Assembly: GCA_964403725.1 (NCBI GenBank)
Contig: CAYOHI010000002.1
Span: 21,644-85,643, forward strand
Length of the DNA stretch: 64,000 nucleotides
Direction of reading: 5' to 3'
From: an uncultured Candidatus Saccharibacteria bacterium
GTDB taxonomy: Bacteria > Patescibacteriota > Minisyncoccia > Portnoybacterales > UBA2143
In this document: piece by piece, positions 35,442 to 44,199 of the stretch
Layout: the number at the start of each line of letters is the position of its first letter
Position numbering within the stretch: the stretch's first letter is position 1
Program-made: the position numbers and the translations under genes
The notes under the pieces: generated by a model
The model's database searches: none
Seen by the model: the letters and a program-made list of their open reading frames with translations, nothing else
Told to the model about the DNA's origin: nothing

Positions 35442-36265
35442 GTTTAGAAAATAAATATCTGGATTGGAGTGGGGTTGTTCCGCTTTGGGGGGAGTATACT
35501 TCGCCCTTTAGGCCGTCTGAAAAAGAAATATTGATTTATTCTGAATATATAAAGGAGTTGGGTGAAAATATATTATTACTCGGTGCTACTCCAGAAATCA
35601 GAGAAGTTTTATCAAAATTTAAATTAAAAGTAACACTTTTAGATTCGTCCCTTGATATGATCAAGGGTATGTTTAATTATGGGAAGATTGATCGTAAAAA
35701 TGAAACCTGGATCAATGATAATTGGCTAAAAATAGATAAGGTTTTTGAAAAAAATAATTTTGATCTTATTTTAGGAGATTTAGTTTTGAGGAATATTGAT
35801 GCTAGCCAACAAGAGAAGTTTCTTAAAAAAACAGCAAATGTTTTAAGTAGTGATGGCCTACTTTTGTTAAGGATTCATTGTTGCGATTGTTATTGTGGTC
35901 AAGACGCAGATAAAGTAGTTGATGAATTTTTTAATAATTTCTCAAATGAAAATAAGAAAATAGCTGAAGACTTATTAACTTCTCGCTTATTTGATTGTTT
36001 TACTAATAAGAAAAACAAGGCTATTGATAAAAATAAATTCATTGATTATGTAAATAGTAAATTAAAAGAAGAAAAACAAGATCAGATAGAAATATTTAAT
36101 CGGATTAGCAGTAAATGGTGTGGTAATGATAGGACTTGGATACAGAGGACTAGTGATGAGATAAATAAAATGATTAATAAATATTTTAAAATTGAATATA
36201 TTTTCGCGGGAAATGATTATCCTGATTCTGAATTCTACCCGATATATGCAATTGTAAAGAAATAA
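35438..36265 (+). CDS. class I SAM-dependent methyltransferase
   Basis: ILLLGATPE motif I variant, VTLLD, NW, FDLILGD, L..DG. Confidence 0.75.
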   Translation: MSLENKYLDWSGVVPLWGEYTSPFRPSEKEILIYSEYIKELGENILLLGATPEIREVLSKFKLKVTLLDSSLDMIKGMFNYGKIDRKNETWINDNWLKIDKVFEKNNFDLILGDLVLRNIDASQQEKFLKKTANVLSSDGLLLLRIHCCDCYCGQDADKVVDEFFNNFSNENKKIAEDLLTSRLFDCFTNKKNKAIDKNKFIDYVNSKLKEEKQDQIEIFNRISSKWCGNDRTWIQRTSDEINKMINKYFKIEYIFAGNDYPDSEFYPIYAIVKK

Positions 36266-36293
36266 AATACCTCTATAGTAGAGGTATTTTATT
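36261..36293. terminator. bidirectional terminator
   Basis: AATAAAATACCTCTA-TAG-TAGAGGTATTTTATT perfect inverted repeat between convergent operons. Confidence 0.75.
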
Positions 36294-36308
36294 TTCACTA
36301 ACTGAATT

Positions 36309-37688
36309 TTAGTACGAGAATGCGTTAAGATTAGTCGACAGATTGCGCATATGTTCTAGTGTATCAGATATTTCTTGATGAGAAGTTTTACAATTATATT
36401 TAATCCAGTCTTTGATAACGTTGCTCCAGTTTATAATATCTTTATCAATATATTTATTTCCAGTTTTTTTCTTAATCATATCAAATGACATTGAATTGGG
36501 GAGAGGCGTTAAATAGGACGGTACAATTAGATTATTAGGATCAGATTGTATTATTCTTTCAGCCAGTTTAATAGTCTTTTTAAGGCCTTTACTGGTTTCT
36601 CCAAGATTACCTAAGACAAAATAGCCTTCTATTGGAATTTTGTATTTTATTAATAACTCAACAGCTTTTTCATTCATGGCAGAAGTTGTTCCCTTGTTCA
36701 TAAGTTTGAGACAGTCGTCATCATTGCTTTCTATGCCGATGAATAGCTGTCTGACTTTTATTTCTGATAGTTTTTTAACTATTTTTTCATCAGCGAGATG
36801 ATTTATTCTTGCTTGAATTTTTAAATAAGGTGCATTCTTATATTTCTTTGCTTCTCTGTAGTATTTGTTAAACCATTTAATATCACCTAATAAATCATCT
36901 GTTGTTTCCCATATGTAATCAACTTTGTATTTAGAAGCTAGATTATTGTATTCAGACCAAACAGTAGCTGGGTCTTTGAAAATGTGTTCATTGTGCATCA
37001 ATGAGCAAAAAAGACACCATTTATTGTTATTCGCTCTCCAGGCACATCCTTTTTGAGAATAAGTGGTAAAAGGATTTTTGTAGTTTGAATGTGGAAAGTT
37101 TTTCTGATAGCTTTTAAAATATTTTTGAGGATCAATTATATCCTTGTTTATCTCTAATTTAGAAAAAGGAGTTATTATTAATTCATTAATCTTTATCTTA
37201 TCATTATCGCAATAGGCGATATTTTTTATTTCTGATAATTTTTTTTGAGTTATATATTCATAGAATGCTTTTTCTCCATCGCCGCGGATGACTATATCAA
37301 CGCAATAGTCTTTGGAATATATGCCTCTGTTCTTTAATATTTCCTGGTAAATTGAAGAAGGATAATGTCCGCCAAAGACCACTTTGGCTTTTATTTTTTT
37401 GCATTCTCTGGCTAGGATTAATGATTTTTCATATCCAGTAAACATCGATCCTATTCCTACGATGGTTGGTTTGAATTTTTTGATTTCTTTCTTTATTTCG
37501 TTGGTGGATAATAGCTGGTCATCCAGGATTAATAATGGAGTATTAGGTAGCTTTTCTTTGAGGTAGGATCCTATTATATTGACTCCCAAAGGAAAATGAG
37601 GTCCTTGTCGAAGTTCAAAGATATTTTTTGGTTTTGAATTGTAAGGCAGAGGATTAACTACGTTAATCAGTATTATTTTTTCTCCCAT
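36309..37688 (-). CDS. cobalamin-binding radical SAM protein
   Basis: PLG..I.SYL, VGI, VVFGGHYPS, GDGE B12 domain; KGC-X9-CxxC; DD, GIES, MNKG, GET. Confidence 0.88.
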   Translation of the reverse strand: MGEKIILINVVNPLPYNSKPKNIFELRQGPHFPLGVNIIGSYLKEKLPNTPLLILDDQLLSTNEIKKEIKKFKPTIVGIGSMFTGYEKSLILARECKKIKAKVVFGGHYPSSIYQEILKNRGIYSKDYCVDIVIRGDGEKAFYEYITQKKLSEIKNIAYCDNDKIKINELIITPFSKLEINKDIIDPQKYFKSYQKNFPHSNYKNPFTTYSQKGCAWRANNNKWCLFCSLMHNEHIFKDPATVWSEYNNLASKYKVDYIWETTDDLLGDIKWFNKYYREAKKYKNAPYLKIQARINHLADEKIVKKLSEIKVRQLFIGIESNDDDCLKLMNKGTTSAMNEKAVELLIKYKIPIEGYFVLGNLGETSKGLKKTIKLAERIIQSDPNNLIVPSYLTPLPNSMSFDMIKKKTGNKYIDKDIINWSNVIKDWIKYNCKTSHQEISDTLEHMRNLSTNLNAFSY

Positions 37689-38551
37689 CCTCTTATTAAT
37701 CCTTTCTTTTTATAGCTAGTTTTGTCTTTTAGTTTATTTTTATTATGAGCTATTTTTCTGACATAGCATGAGACACATTCTCCACAATGATCATCATCCC
37801 ATTTAATGCAACTCCGAGCTCTATCTATCGGTATATCTTGATCTGTCGCCCATTTTAGTAAATCTGCTTTTGAGAGGAAAAAGCCAAATTCTTTTTCTAA
37901 TGGCAGGGAAGTGACTTGCCAGGAGTAGTCATTCATCAAAGAACAAACAGATAAGTTATTAGTTCTCATAGCTGTTAGTGTCTCATCTCTCATGACATAG
38001 CCATCTTCGGCAACAATGGCTGTAAAGATGTTTCTTACTTTGATATTTTCCTTGATCTTAAGGAAGATTGCGTATTGTACCCCATATGAAGTTAAAAGAT
38101 TAGTGTACATCGGGATCCCTAAATGTTGGCCTAGTTTATTAACTGGCTTGCTGGAAACATCAATGATTGGGAAGCGAATCTCCATCGGCGGGATATAGGC
38201 GTTCATTTTTTTAACTTTATGCCAATATTTAGGATATCTTTTTTTATAATATTTGGAAAAGTAGTCTACAGACTTTTCTTCAAAGGCAACTCTTTTTTGT
38301 CCTCTTCTTAAAAATACTGGATGAACGTGTACTTTATAGACTTCCATTAGATAAGCCCAGGTAGTGACGCTATCCATTCCTCCAGAAAACATTAATATTA
38401 CATGAGAATTAGCTAAGGGCCTTTTCATTACATGGCCTTTTTGTTCTTTAAATATATTTTCAATTGTCTGGATGAGCTTGGGGTCTTCTAATTTTCTTGA
38501 ATTTAAGAGATTTTGAATTTCTTTTTTTGTTTTTGTTTTGAATTTATTCAT
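37673..38551 (-). CDS. QueC-like PP-loop ATPase
   Basis: LMFSGGMDS, GQKR..E, RSC...HCGECVSC..R. Confidence 0.8.
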   Translation of the reverse strand: MNKFKTKTKKEIQNLLNSRKLEDPKLIQTIENIFKEQKGHVMKRPLANSHVILMFSGGMDSVTTWAYLMEVYKVHVHPVFLRRGQKRVAFEEKSVDYFSKYYKKRYPKYWHKVKKMNAYIPPMEIRFPIIDVSSKPVNKLGQHLGIPMYTNLLTSYGVQYAIFLKIKENIKVRNIFTAIVAEDGYVMRDETLTAMRTNNLSVCSLMNDYSWQVTSLPLEKEFGFFLSKADLLKWATDQDIPIDRARSCIKWDDDHCGECVSCYVRKIAHNKNKLKDKTSYKKKGLIRGWEKK

Positions 38552-38552
38552 A

Positions 38553-39134
38553 TTATTTCTTGATATAGTTTTGTTTGATAATTCCCTCCCACCAGTCATT
38601 AGATTTTTGTTTTAGAATCTTATTACCTATTAATTTTCCATGTTTAGTAGTTAATTTCTTTACTGAGAAATTCATCCATTTCTTTGCTTCTTTTAATCCG
38701 TCATCATATTGCTGCTTTTCAGTCAGTAATTCTTCTAATATGTCTGCATCATGTATAATTTTAATTTCCTTGGTTTTGTTTTTTTGATATTCTTTAAAGA
38801 TATTATTAATATTTTTTTCGATAGGTAAATCTTTTAAAGTATCCTTTAGTGCCTTTAATTCATTTATTTTTAAATAGCATCTGTTAACCAGATCAGCATC
38901 GCCGGTTCTGGTTTCTGGAATGTCATGGAATAGGCACATTAGCAGGGTTTTTTCTATATCGGCTTTTTCCAGAGTGGCTAATATATAGCCTATAATAGTC
39001 ACGCGAAAACTGTGTTCAGCTATGGAATTTTTCTGTTTTTTTAATTTGCTTCTTGTTATTTTATTCAAATAGCCAACTTCAAAAAGAAAATCAGCTATCT
39101 TTTTTGTATTTAATTTTTTATTTCCATGGTTCAT
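38553..39134 (-). CDS. HD-domain phosphohydrolase (YfbR/YGK1-like)
   Basis: SIAEHSFRV, HDIPETRTGD, DAD. Confidence 0.88.
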   Translation of the reverse strand: MNHGNKKLNTKKIADFLFEVGYLNKITRSKLKKQKNSIAEHSFRVTIIGYILATLEKADIEKTLLMCLFHDIPETRTGDADLVNRCYLKINELKALKDTLKDLPIEKNINNIFKEYQKNKTKEIKIIHDADILEELLTEKQQYDDGLKEAKKWMNFSVKKLTTKHGKLIGNKILKQKSNDWWEGIIKQNYIKK

Positions 39135-39669
39135 ATCTTATTAAGGGATTTAATTGATATTTTTTAAATTGGTCTTTAGTTTTTCTATCCATTGAATCAA
39201 GCAGAAAGCTAAAGCCAATGATCCTACCTCTTTTAATTCTTTTTATTAGCTTAATGGCAGCTTTGGCGTGCTGGCCAGTAGCAAACCAATCATCGATAAT
39301 CAGTATCCTGTCTTTTTTGTTGATTATATACTCATTGTCTTCAATTTCCAAAGCTTTTTTCTGTTTACTGTAATCAAAGAATGATTCAGTATATATTTTA
39401 TGCAGTTTCTTTATATGTGGATCAGGTGTATATATATTACCTTTTTTTCTTATGGTAACCAAACCAGCCTTGAGGATATATGCAACGCTTGAAGCAAGTA
39501 GGAAACCACGCGATTCGATTCCGATTACTTTAGTAATGTCTGATTTTAAAAATGGTTTTGCTAGTGATTTTGATATTTTTTGGAAAAGTAATTTATCAGA
39601 AATCGGGCTGTAAATAGAGCATTCCTCGTGCAATCTTATTATTTTTTCCTTATCTTTTTTGGTTAACAT
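39118..39669 (-). CDS. adenine phosphoribosyltransferase-like type I PRTase
   Basis: GIESRGF, IRKKG, ILIIDDWFATG. Confidence 0.85.
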   Translation of the reverse strand: MLTKKDKEKIIRLHEECSIYSPISDKLLFQKISKSLAKPFLKSDITKVIGIESRGFLLASSVAYILKAGLVTIRKKGNIYTPDPHIKKLHKIYTESFFDYSKQKKALEIEDNEYIINKKDRILIIDDWFATGQHAKAAIKLIKRIKRGRIIGFSFLLDSMDRKTKDQFKKYQLNPLIRYEPWK

Positions 39670-40358
39670 ACTTCTATGCTGCCCAAGGCTATTTTAATGG
39701 CCTTATTTAAATATTTGTTAAAAGTTTTTTTATCTAAATATTTATGTTCAACTTTTTTGTTTTTGGTACTTATCTTATCTATTCCTACGAGTATGCTGTC
39801 GACGGATATTTTGTGTTTCTTGCCGAAATAGAAGAGAATGCTGCTTTCCATTTCTATTGCGCCTATTTTTTCTTTTTTCCATTTTTTGATATCACGAAGC
39901 AGATAAGGGTTGTAAAAAGCATCTACTGTAACAATTTTTTCTCCTTTTATTTCTTTGAAATTGCTGTTTGTGAGAATTGTTTTAATTGAGTTGTTTGTAT
40001 AATGCTTGGTGGTGCCGTCGTTTATCAATATAGATCTTGCAAATATTATATCGCCAAGTTTTTTATTATTGATAAAGCAGCATGAACCGATTCTGATTAT
40101 CTTTTTAATCTTATGCTGGGATAATAGTTCCTCTAATAGGATTGCAGCAGAAGGAGTTCCTATTCCACTAGACTGGATTGTTATTTTATTCTTCTTGTAG
40201 TATCCGGTATAAGCGCTAAAGCTGCGTTCTTTGATTATTGATTTGTAATTTTTTAAATATTTTTTAGCAATCAATTCAGCTCTTTCAGGATCTCCTACTA
40301 AAATTATTTTATCGCTGTAGTCCCTATTTTTGATTTTTAGGTGGAATTCCTTATTCAT
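39663..40358 (-). CDS. purine nucleoside phosphorylase (DeoD/PNP_UDP_1 family)
   Basis: GDPERA, YTG, SGIGTPS, IRIGSC, DAFY, IEMES. Confidence 0.88.
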   Translation of the reverse strand: MNKEFHLKIKNRDYSDKIILVGDPERAELIAKKYLKNYKSIIKERSFSAYTGYYKKNKITIQSSGIGTPSAAILLEELLSQHKIKKIIRIGSCCFINNKKLGDIIFARSILINDGTTKHYTNNSIKTILTNSNFKEIKGEKIVTVDAFYNPYLLRDIKKWKKEKIGAIEMESSILFYFGKKHKISVDSILVGIDKISTKNKKVEHKYLDKKTFNKYLNKAIKIALGSIEVC

Positions 40359-40360
40359 GA

Positions 40361-41605
40361 TTAGAAATTTATGAAATATATTTTAGAGGCGATTATTTCT
40401 TTAGTTTTATCTGTGAATTTTATATTTATTTTTTTAAAAAACATACTGTATTTATCTTTGAAGTATTCAGTATCTTTCTCTTTTTCTGCCAATACAGTGA
40501 CAACTAAATTATCCTTAGAAGTGATTAATTCTATGCCTGATTTGTCTTTGTATTTGTTTAAGAATTTTTCTTTGAATTTTAAGTTTCTCTGTATTTTTTC
40601 TTGGAATCCTTTTCTGCCTAGAGATAGTATGGTTAGAAGGGAGGCAACTGGCGAGATGGCAGTTCTAGTGGATAGTAGAGTGTTGTCGTTTCTGCTCAGA
40701 AAATCTATTGGCTCGGCGATCAGGTTTAATAGCTTTCTTCTGTGTAAGACTAATCCTGCTGGACAAGGGGTATGTCCAAATTTATGAAAATCAACGGCCA
40801 AGGCTTTGATTTCAGAATATTTGAAGGGAGAGAAACTGTTGTCTGTAAACGGATTAATCAAACCGCTCATGGCAGCATCTATCCAGCAAAAGAATTCTAC
40901 ATGTTTGTATTCTTTTTTGATTGCTCTGATAGTTTGTACTGTTTTCTCTATATTATCATCTGTGCCAGTTAGGGTGTATCCTAGGGTTAAGGGAATGATA
41001 AATCCTTTTATGTCTTTCTTGATTAATTTCTTTATTTTCTTTGATAAATCAAAACAATCTAGGTTCCACTCCTTTTCATTTACAGCAATGATTTCATTTT
41101 TAATGCCCACTATTTTGGCTGATTTTCTGATAGAATAGTGAGTTAAATTATTACTCAAGAATCTGATTTGATTAAAGTCTATCTTTTTCTTTCTTAGCCA
41201 GTCTCTTGCCAACCAGGCAGAAAATATGTTTCCTTCTGTTGAGCCGGTGGTTGAATAGCCTGTTAAGTCTCGGTCTTTGGCGTTATACAGATCTATCATT
41301 TTAAAAACTAATTCTTTTTCAATCGATTCATTGGTTGTTTCAGAATATTCTGATTCGGTTGTATTGCCCAATAGTACGGGATTGTGCTTGATTAGGTCTT
41401 GCCAAGCTTTGATAGATATCTGGGATGGGGTTGATACTAAATGGGCGATTTTAGCTGATTTTCTAAATTCTTTTAAATGTTTTTTAAGTTTTTGTATTTT
41501 AAGCTCTATATTCTTCTTTGTTTCTGGGTTTTTATTAAAATTAAATCCATCATTATTGTTGTGATTGGATTTTGGTAATAAGTTTTTTTTAGGTTGTTTT
41601 TTCAT
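40361..41605 (-). CDS. group II PLP-dependent decarboxylase
   Basis: TGSTEGN, THYSIRK, TLG.T.TG..D, IDAA, DFHKFG (PLP Lys). Confidence 0.85.
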   Translation of the reverse strand: MKKQPKKNLLPKSNHNNNDGFNFNKNPETKKNIELKIQKLKKHLKEFRKSAKIAHLVSTPSQISIKAWQDLIKHNPVLLGNTTESEYSETTNESIEKELVFKMIDLYNAKDRDLTGYSTTGSTEGNIFSAWLARDWLRKKKIDFNQIRFLSNNLTHYSIRKSAKIVGIKNEIIAVNEKEWNLDCFDLSKKIKKLIKKDIKGFIIPLTLGYTLTGTDDNIEKTVQTIRAIKKEYKHVEFFCWIDAAMSGLINPFTDNSFSPFKYSEIKALAVDFHKFGHTPCPAGLVLHRRKLLNLIAEPIDFLSRNDNTLLSTRTAISPVASLLTILSLGRKGFQEKIQRNLKFKEKFLNKYKDKSGIELITSKDNLVVTVLAEKEKDTEYFKDKYSMFFKKINIKFTDKTKEIIASKIYFINF

Positions 41606-41734
41606 GATTTGCTAGTAATATGTAGAATGCAGGGGTATAATTAAGTTAACAAGGTTAATTTAGTGTTATTATATCACAATTGCATTGCGGTAAGTAGCTA
41701 TCTTATATACTCATATATAGGCTTGAATTAGTCA

Positions 41735-42580
41735 ATGATGTTAAATATTAAAAAAATTAGGGTTAAGAAAATAATATCGCCGACAAATCTGGCTAATAGC
41801 GATTATGGCATAGATCCCTATGTCGGCTGCGAGATCGCCTGTTCTTACTGTTATGTCAGGTATATAGGCGATAGTAATGATAATAAGTGGGGCTCTTATG
41901 TTTTTGTTAAAGAAAATGCTCCTGATTTGATTATTGAAGATAAGGCTTATGATAATAAGACAATATCCATTGGAACCTTAACTGATCCTTATCAATTTGC
42001 AGAGAAAGAGTATGAAGTTACTAGAAAAATTTTGGAAAAATTAATTTCTTTTAACTCAGAGATCGCAATAATTACAAAATCTGATTTGGTTTTAAGAGAT
42101 ATTGATCTATTAAAGAAATTTAAAGATATTATTGTAGCTATTTCATTATCCTATGTTGATGACAAGATAAGGAAGGAATTAGAGCCAAAGGCTATAAGCA
42201 CAGAAAAGAGGATTAAAGTCTTAAAAGAATTGCATAGTAATGGGATAAAAACAGCTTTATTCATAGATCCAATATTTCCTGGCATTACTGACTGGAAAAA
42301 ACTTGTAAAATCTACCAGAAGTTATGTCGATAAATATCTATTTGAAAATCTGAATATCTATCCATCAACAGAAAATATTATCTTTAGCTTCCTTAAAAAG
42401 AATAAGCCAGAATTAATTGATGAATATAAGGAAATCTATTCAGACGAAAAGAAATATTGGCGAGGAATCGAGAGTGATATTAAGGATTATTGTGAAAAAG
42501 AAAAGATAAATTACGTTTCAACCATATTAAATTATTATAAATACTATCATTCAGATAGATTTTCTAGTAATAAGAAATGA
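41735..42580 (+). CDS. radical SAM protein, spore photoproduct lyase/Rv2578c-like
   Basis: DPYVGCEIACSYCY, TDPYQ, TR.IL, ITKS, RDID, LEP, PIFPG. Confidence 0.88.
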   Translation: MMLNIKKIRVKKIISPTNLANSDYGIDPYVGCEIACSYCYVRYIGDSNDNKWGSYVFVKENAPDLIIEDKAYDNKTISIGTLTDPYQFAEKEYEVTRKILEKLISFNSEIAIITKSDLVLRDIDLLKKFKDIIVAISLSYVDDKIRKELEPKAISTEKRIKVLKELHSNGIKTALFIDPIFPGITDWKKLVKSTRSYVDKYLFENLNIYPSTENIIFSFLKKNKPELIDEYKEIYSDEKKYWRGIESDIKDYCEKEKINYVSTILNYYKYYHSDRFSSNKK

Positions 42581-43452
42581 AAATAATATCAGGTTTTTCA
42601 AAAATAGAAGAAGTAAGTAATTTAATCAACAGAGGGGCTTCTGTTTTATTTTGTGGAATTTTATCAGAAGCTTTTAATAATCACAGGCCTAAATTGGCTC
42701 TTTTTAATTTGAAAGATTTAAATGAGTTAAGAAAAGCGACTAAAATAACGCATGATTTAAAAAAAGAAATATATGTTGTCGTTAATGCCATGGATTATGA
42801 AGACAAAGATAGAAAGAATGTTATTAAAGAGCTTAAGAAAATCGAGAGAATTAACGTTGATGGCCTAATAGTTTCAGACATCTCCATTCTCATGCTTATT
42901 AAAGAGAATGATATAAAAATTCCTGTGAGCTTGAGTAGCGTAGCTGCCTGTTATAATTCCATGGCTATTAAATTCTACGAGGATTTGAATGTCAGCTCCA
43001 TTATCCTGCCCCAGCAAATATCAGCTCCTGAAGTCAAGAAGATAAAAGAGTTAACCAATTTGCCCTTGGAAGTCTTTTATCGCAATAGCATGTTCAATAC
43101 CTGCCAGCAAGTGGATGGAATGTGTCTGTTATGCAATGTAATAGATCGCAAGAAATTCATTGTCAGGCCTAGAAGCAGTACAGATAGATTTAATGTTAAG
43201 TGCTTGAGGGGTAATAAGAATAATTTGGGCAGTTTAATCAAAGGCAATATTGATAGCGAGTTAAGATATATCTATGATACATATAATATAGGAGTGGAAT
43301 ATGTAAAAATGGGAGAAAGAGGATTGAAATCAGAATCTAAATACTTGGCAGTTGATATATTATCAAAGGTTATAAAAATACTAGGCAAGCATCCTAGTAA
43401 AAAAATGTTTATTAAAGAAGCAAAGGACATATGGAAAGAATTATATTGCTAG
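42577..43452 (+). CDS. U32-family Fe-S protein (pair 1, subunit A)
   Basis: GA..LFCG, YVVVN, DGLIVSD, LSS, LEVF, CQQVDGMC, KMGER. Confidence 0.75.
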   Translation: MKIISGFSKIEEVSNLINRGASVLFCGILSEAFNNHRPKLALFNLKDLNELRKATKITHDLKKEIYVVVNAMDYEDKDRKNVIKELKKIERINVDGLIVSDISILMLIKENDIKIPVSLSSVAACYNSMAIKFYEDLNVSSIILPQQISAPEVKKIKELTNLPLEVFYRNSMFNTCQQVDGMCLLCNVIDRKKFIVRPRSSTDRFNVKCLRGNKNNLGSLIKGNIDSELRYIYDTYNIGVEYVKMGERGLKSESKYLAVDILSKVIKILGKHPSKKMFIKEAKDIWKELYC

Positions 43453-44195
43453 ATAAAGTTAAAAACTACCAAGAGATCAAAGATTTTGATCGTGTCTATC
43501 TTGGCAATGAATTTTGTCAGAATTTAATACCGACATTAAGCGATTTTAAATTACAAGTTAAAAAAATAAAGGATAAGGATTTTAGTTTTGTAACTCCGTT
43601 TGTAATTGATAAGAATATCAGTAAGCTGGAAAGGATATTCAAGTATTTAGACAAGGAATATGATGAGCCAGAGGTGATTGTAAATGATTTAGGAATACTA
43701 TATCTTCTTCACGAAAACTATCCAAAGATTAAAAAAGTATTTGGCAGAATATTGTATCCAAATATTTTCCTAAAGCCAAAAGATGAAATAATTAAGATTA
43801 AATCAAAATCTACAATTGAGTTGTTTAAGAAATATAATATAGATAGATATGAATTATCTGTTAAAAAATCAGATTTAACGCTTAATATTTTGGATAAACA
43901 AGTTAAATCAGAAAAAATGTTTAAGGATTTGAAATTCTCGCTCTATTATCCATACTTTCCAGTTTCAGTTACCAGAAAATGCAAGATGAGAAATCAGAAA
44001 GGCTTTGATGACTATGGAGCTTGCCAGCATGGATGTGCTGATAATCTATATGAAATAAAATACTCAGATTACCTTTGTCGGCACGCCATGGTTAATGATA
44101 AGATTTATATGAAAGGCAACGCATATTTTATCAAAAGCAAGAAACCAGCTAATATATCTAAATTAATATCCAGATTAGTTTTTCAATCAATGTAA
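43431..44195 (+). CDS. U32-like partner subunit (pair 1, subunit B)
   Basis: RVYLGNEFC, VTP, VIVNDLG, GR, TRKC, C..C, KGNA. Confidence 0.65.
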   Translation: MERIILLDKVKNYQEIKDFDRVYLGNEFCQNLIPTLSDFKLQVKKIKDKDFSFVTPFVIDKNISKLERIFKYLDKEYDEPEVIVNDLGILYLLHENYPKIKKVFGRILYPNIFLKPKDEIIKIKSKSTIELFKKYNIDRYELSVKKSDLTLNILDKQVKSEKMFKDLKFSLYYPYFPVSVTRKCKMRNQKGFDDYGACQHGCADNLYEIKYSDYLCRHAMVNDKIYMKGNAYFIKSKKPANISKLISRLVFQSM

Positions 44196-44199
44196 TTTT

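Noticed and set aside
37673-38551. Calling this a queuosine pathway or a QatC/Dpd-type defence gene
   Set aside because: No queD/queE/folE/tgt, dpdA or qatABD neighbours seen; kept as QueC-like only.
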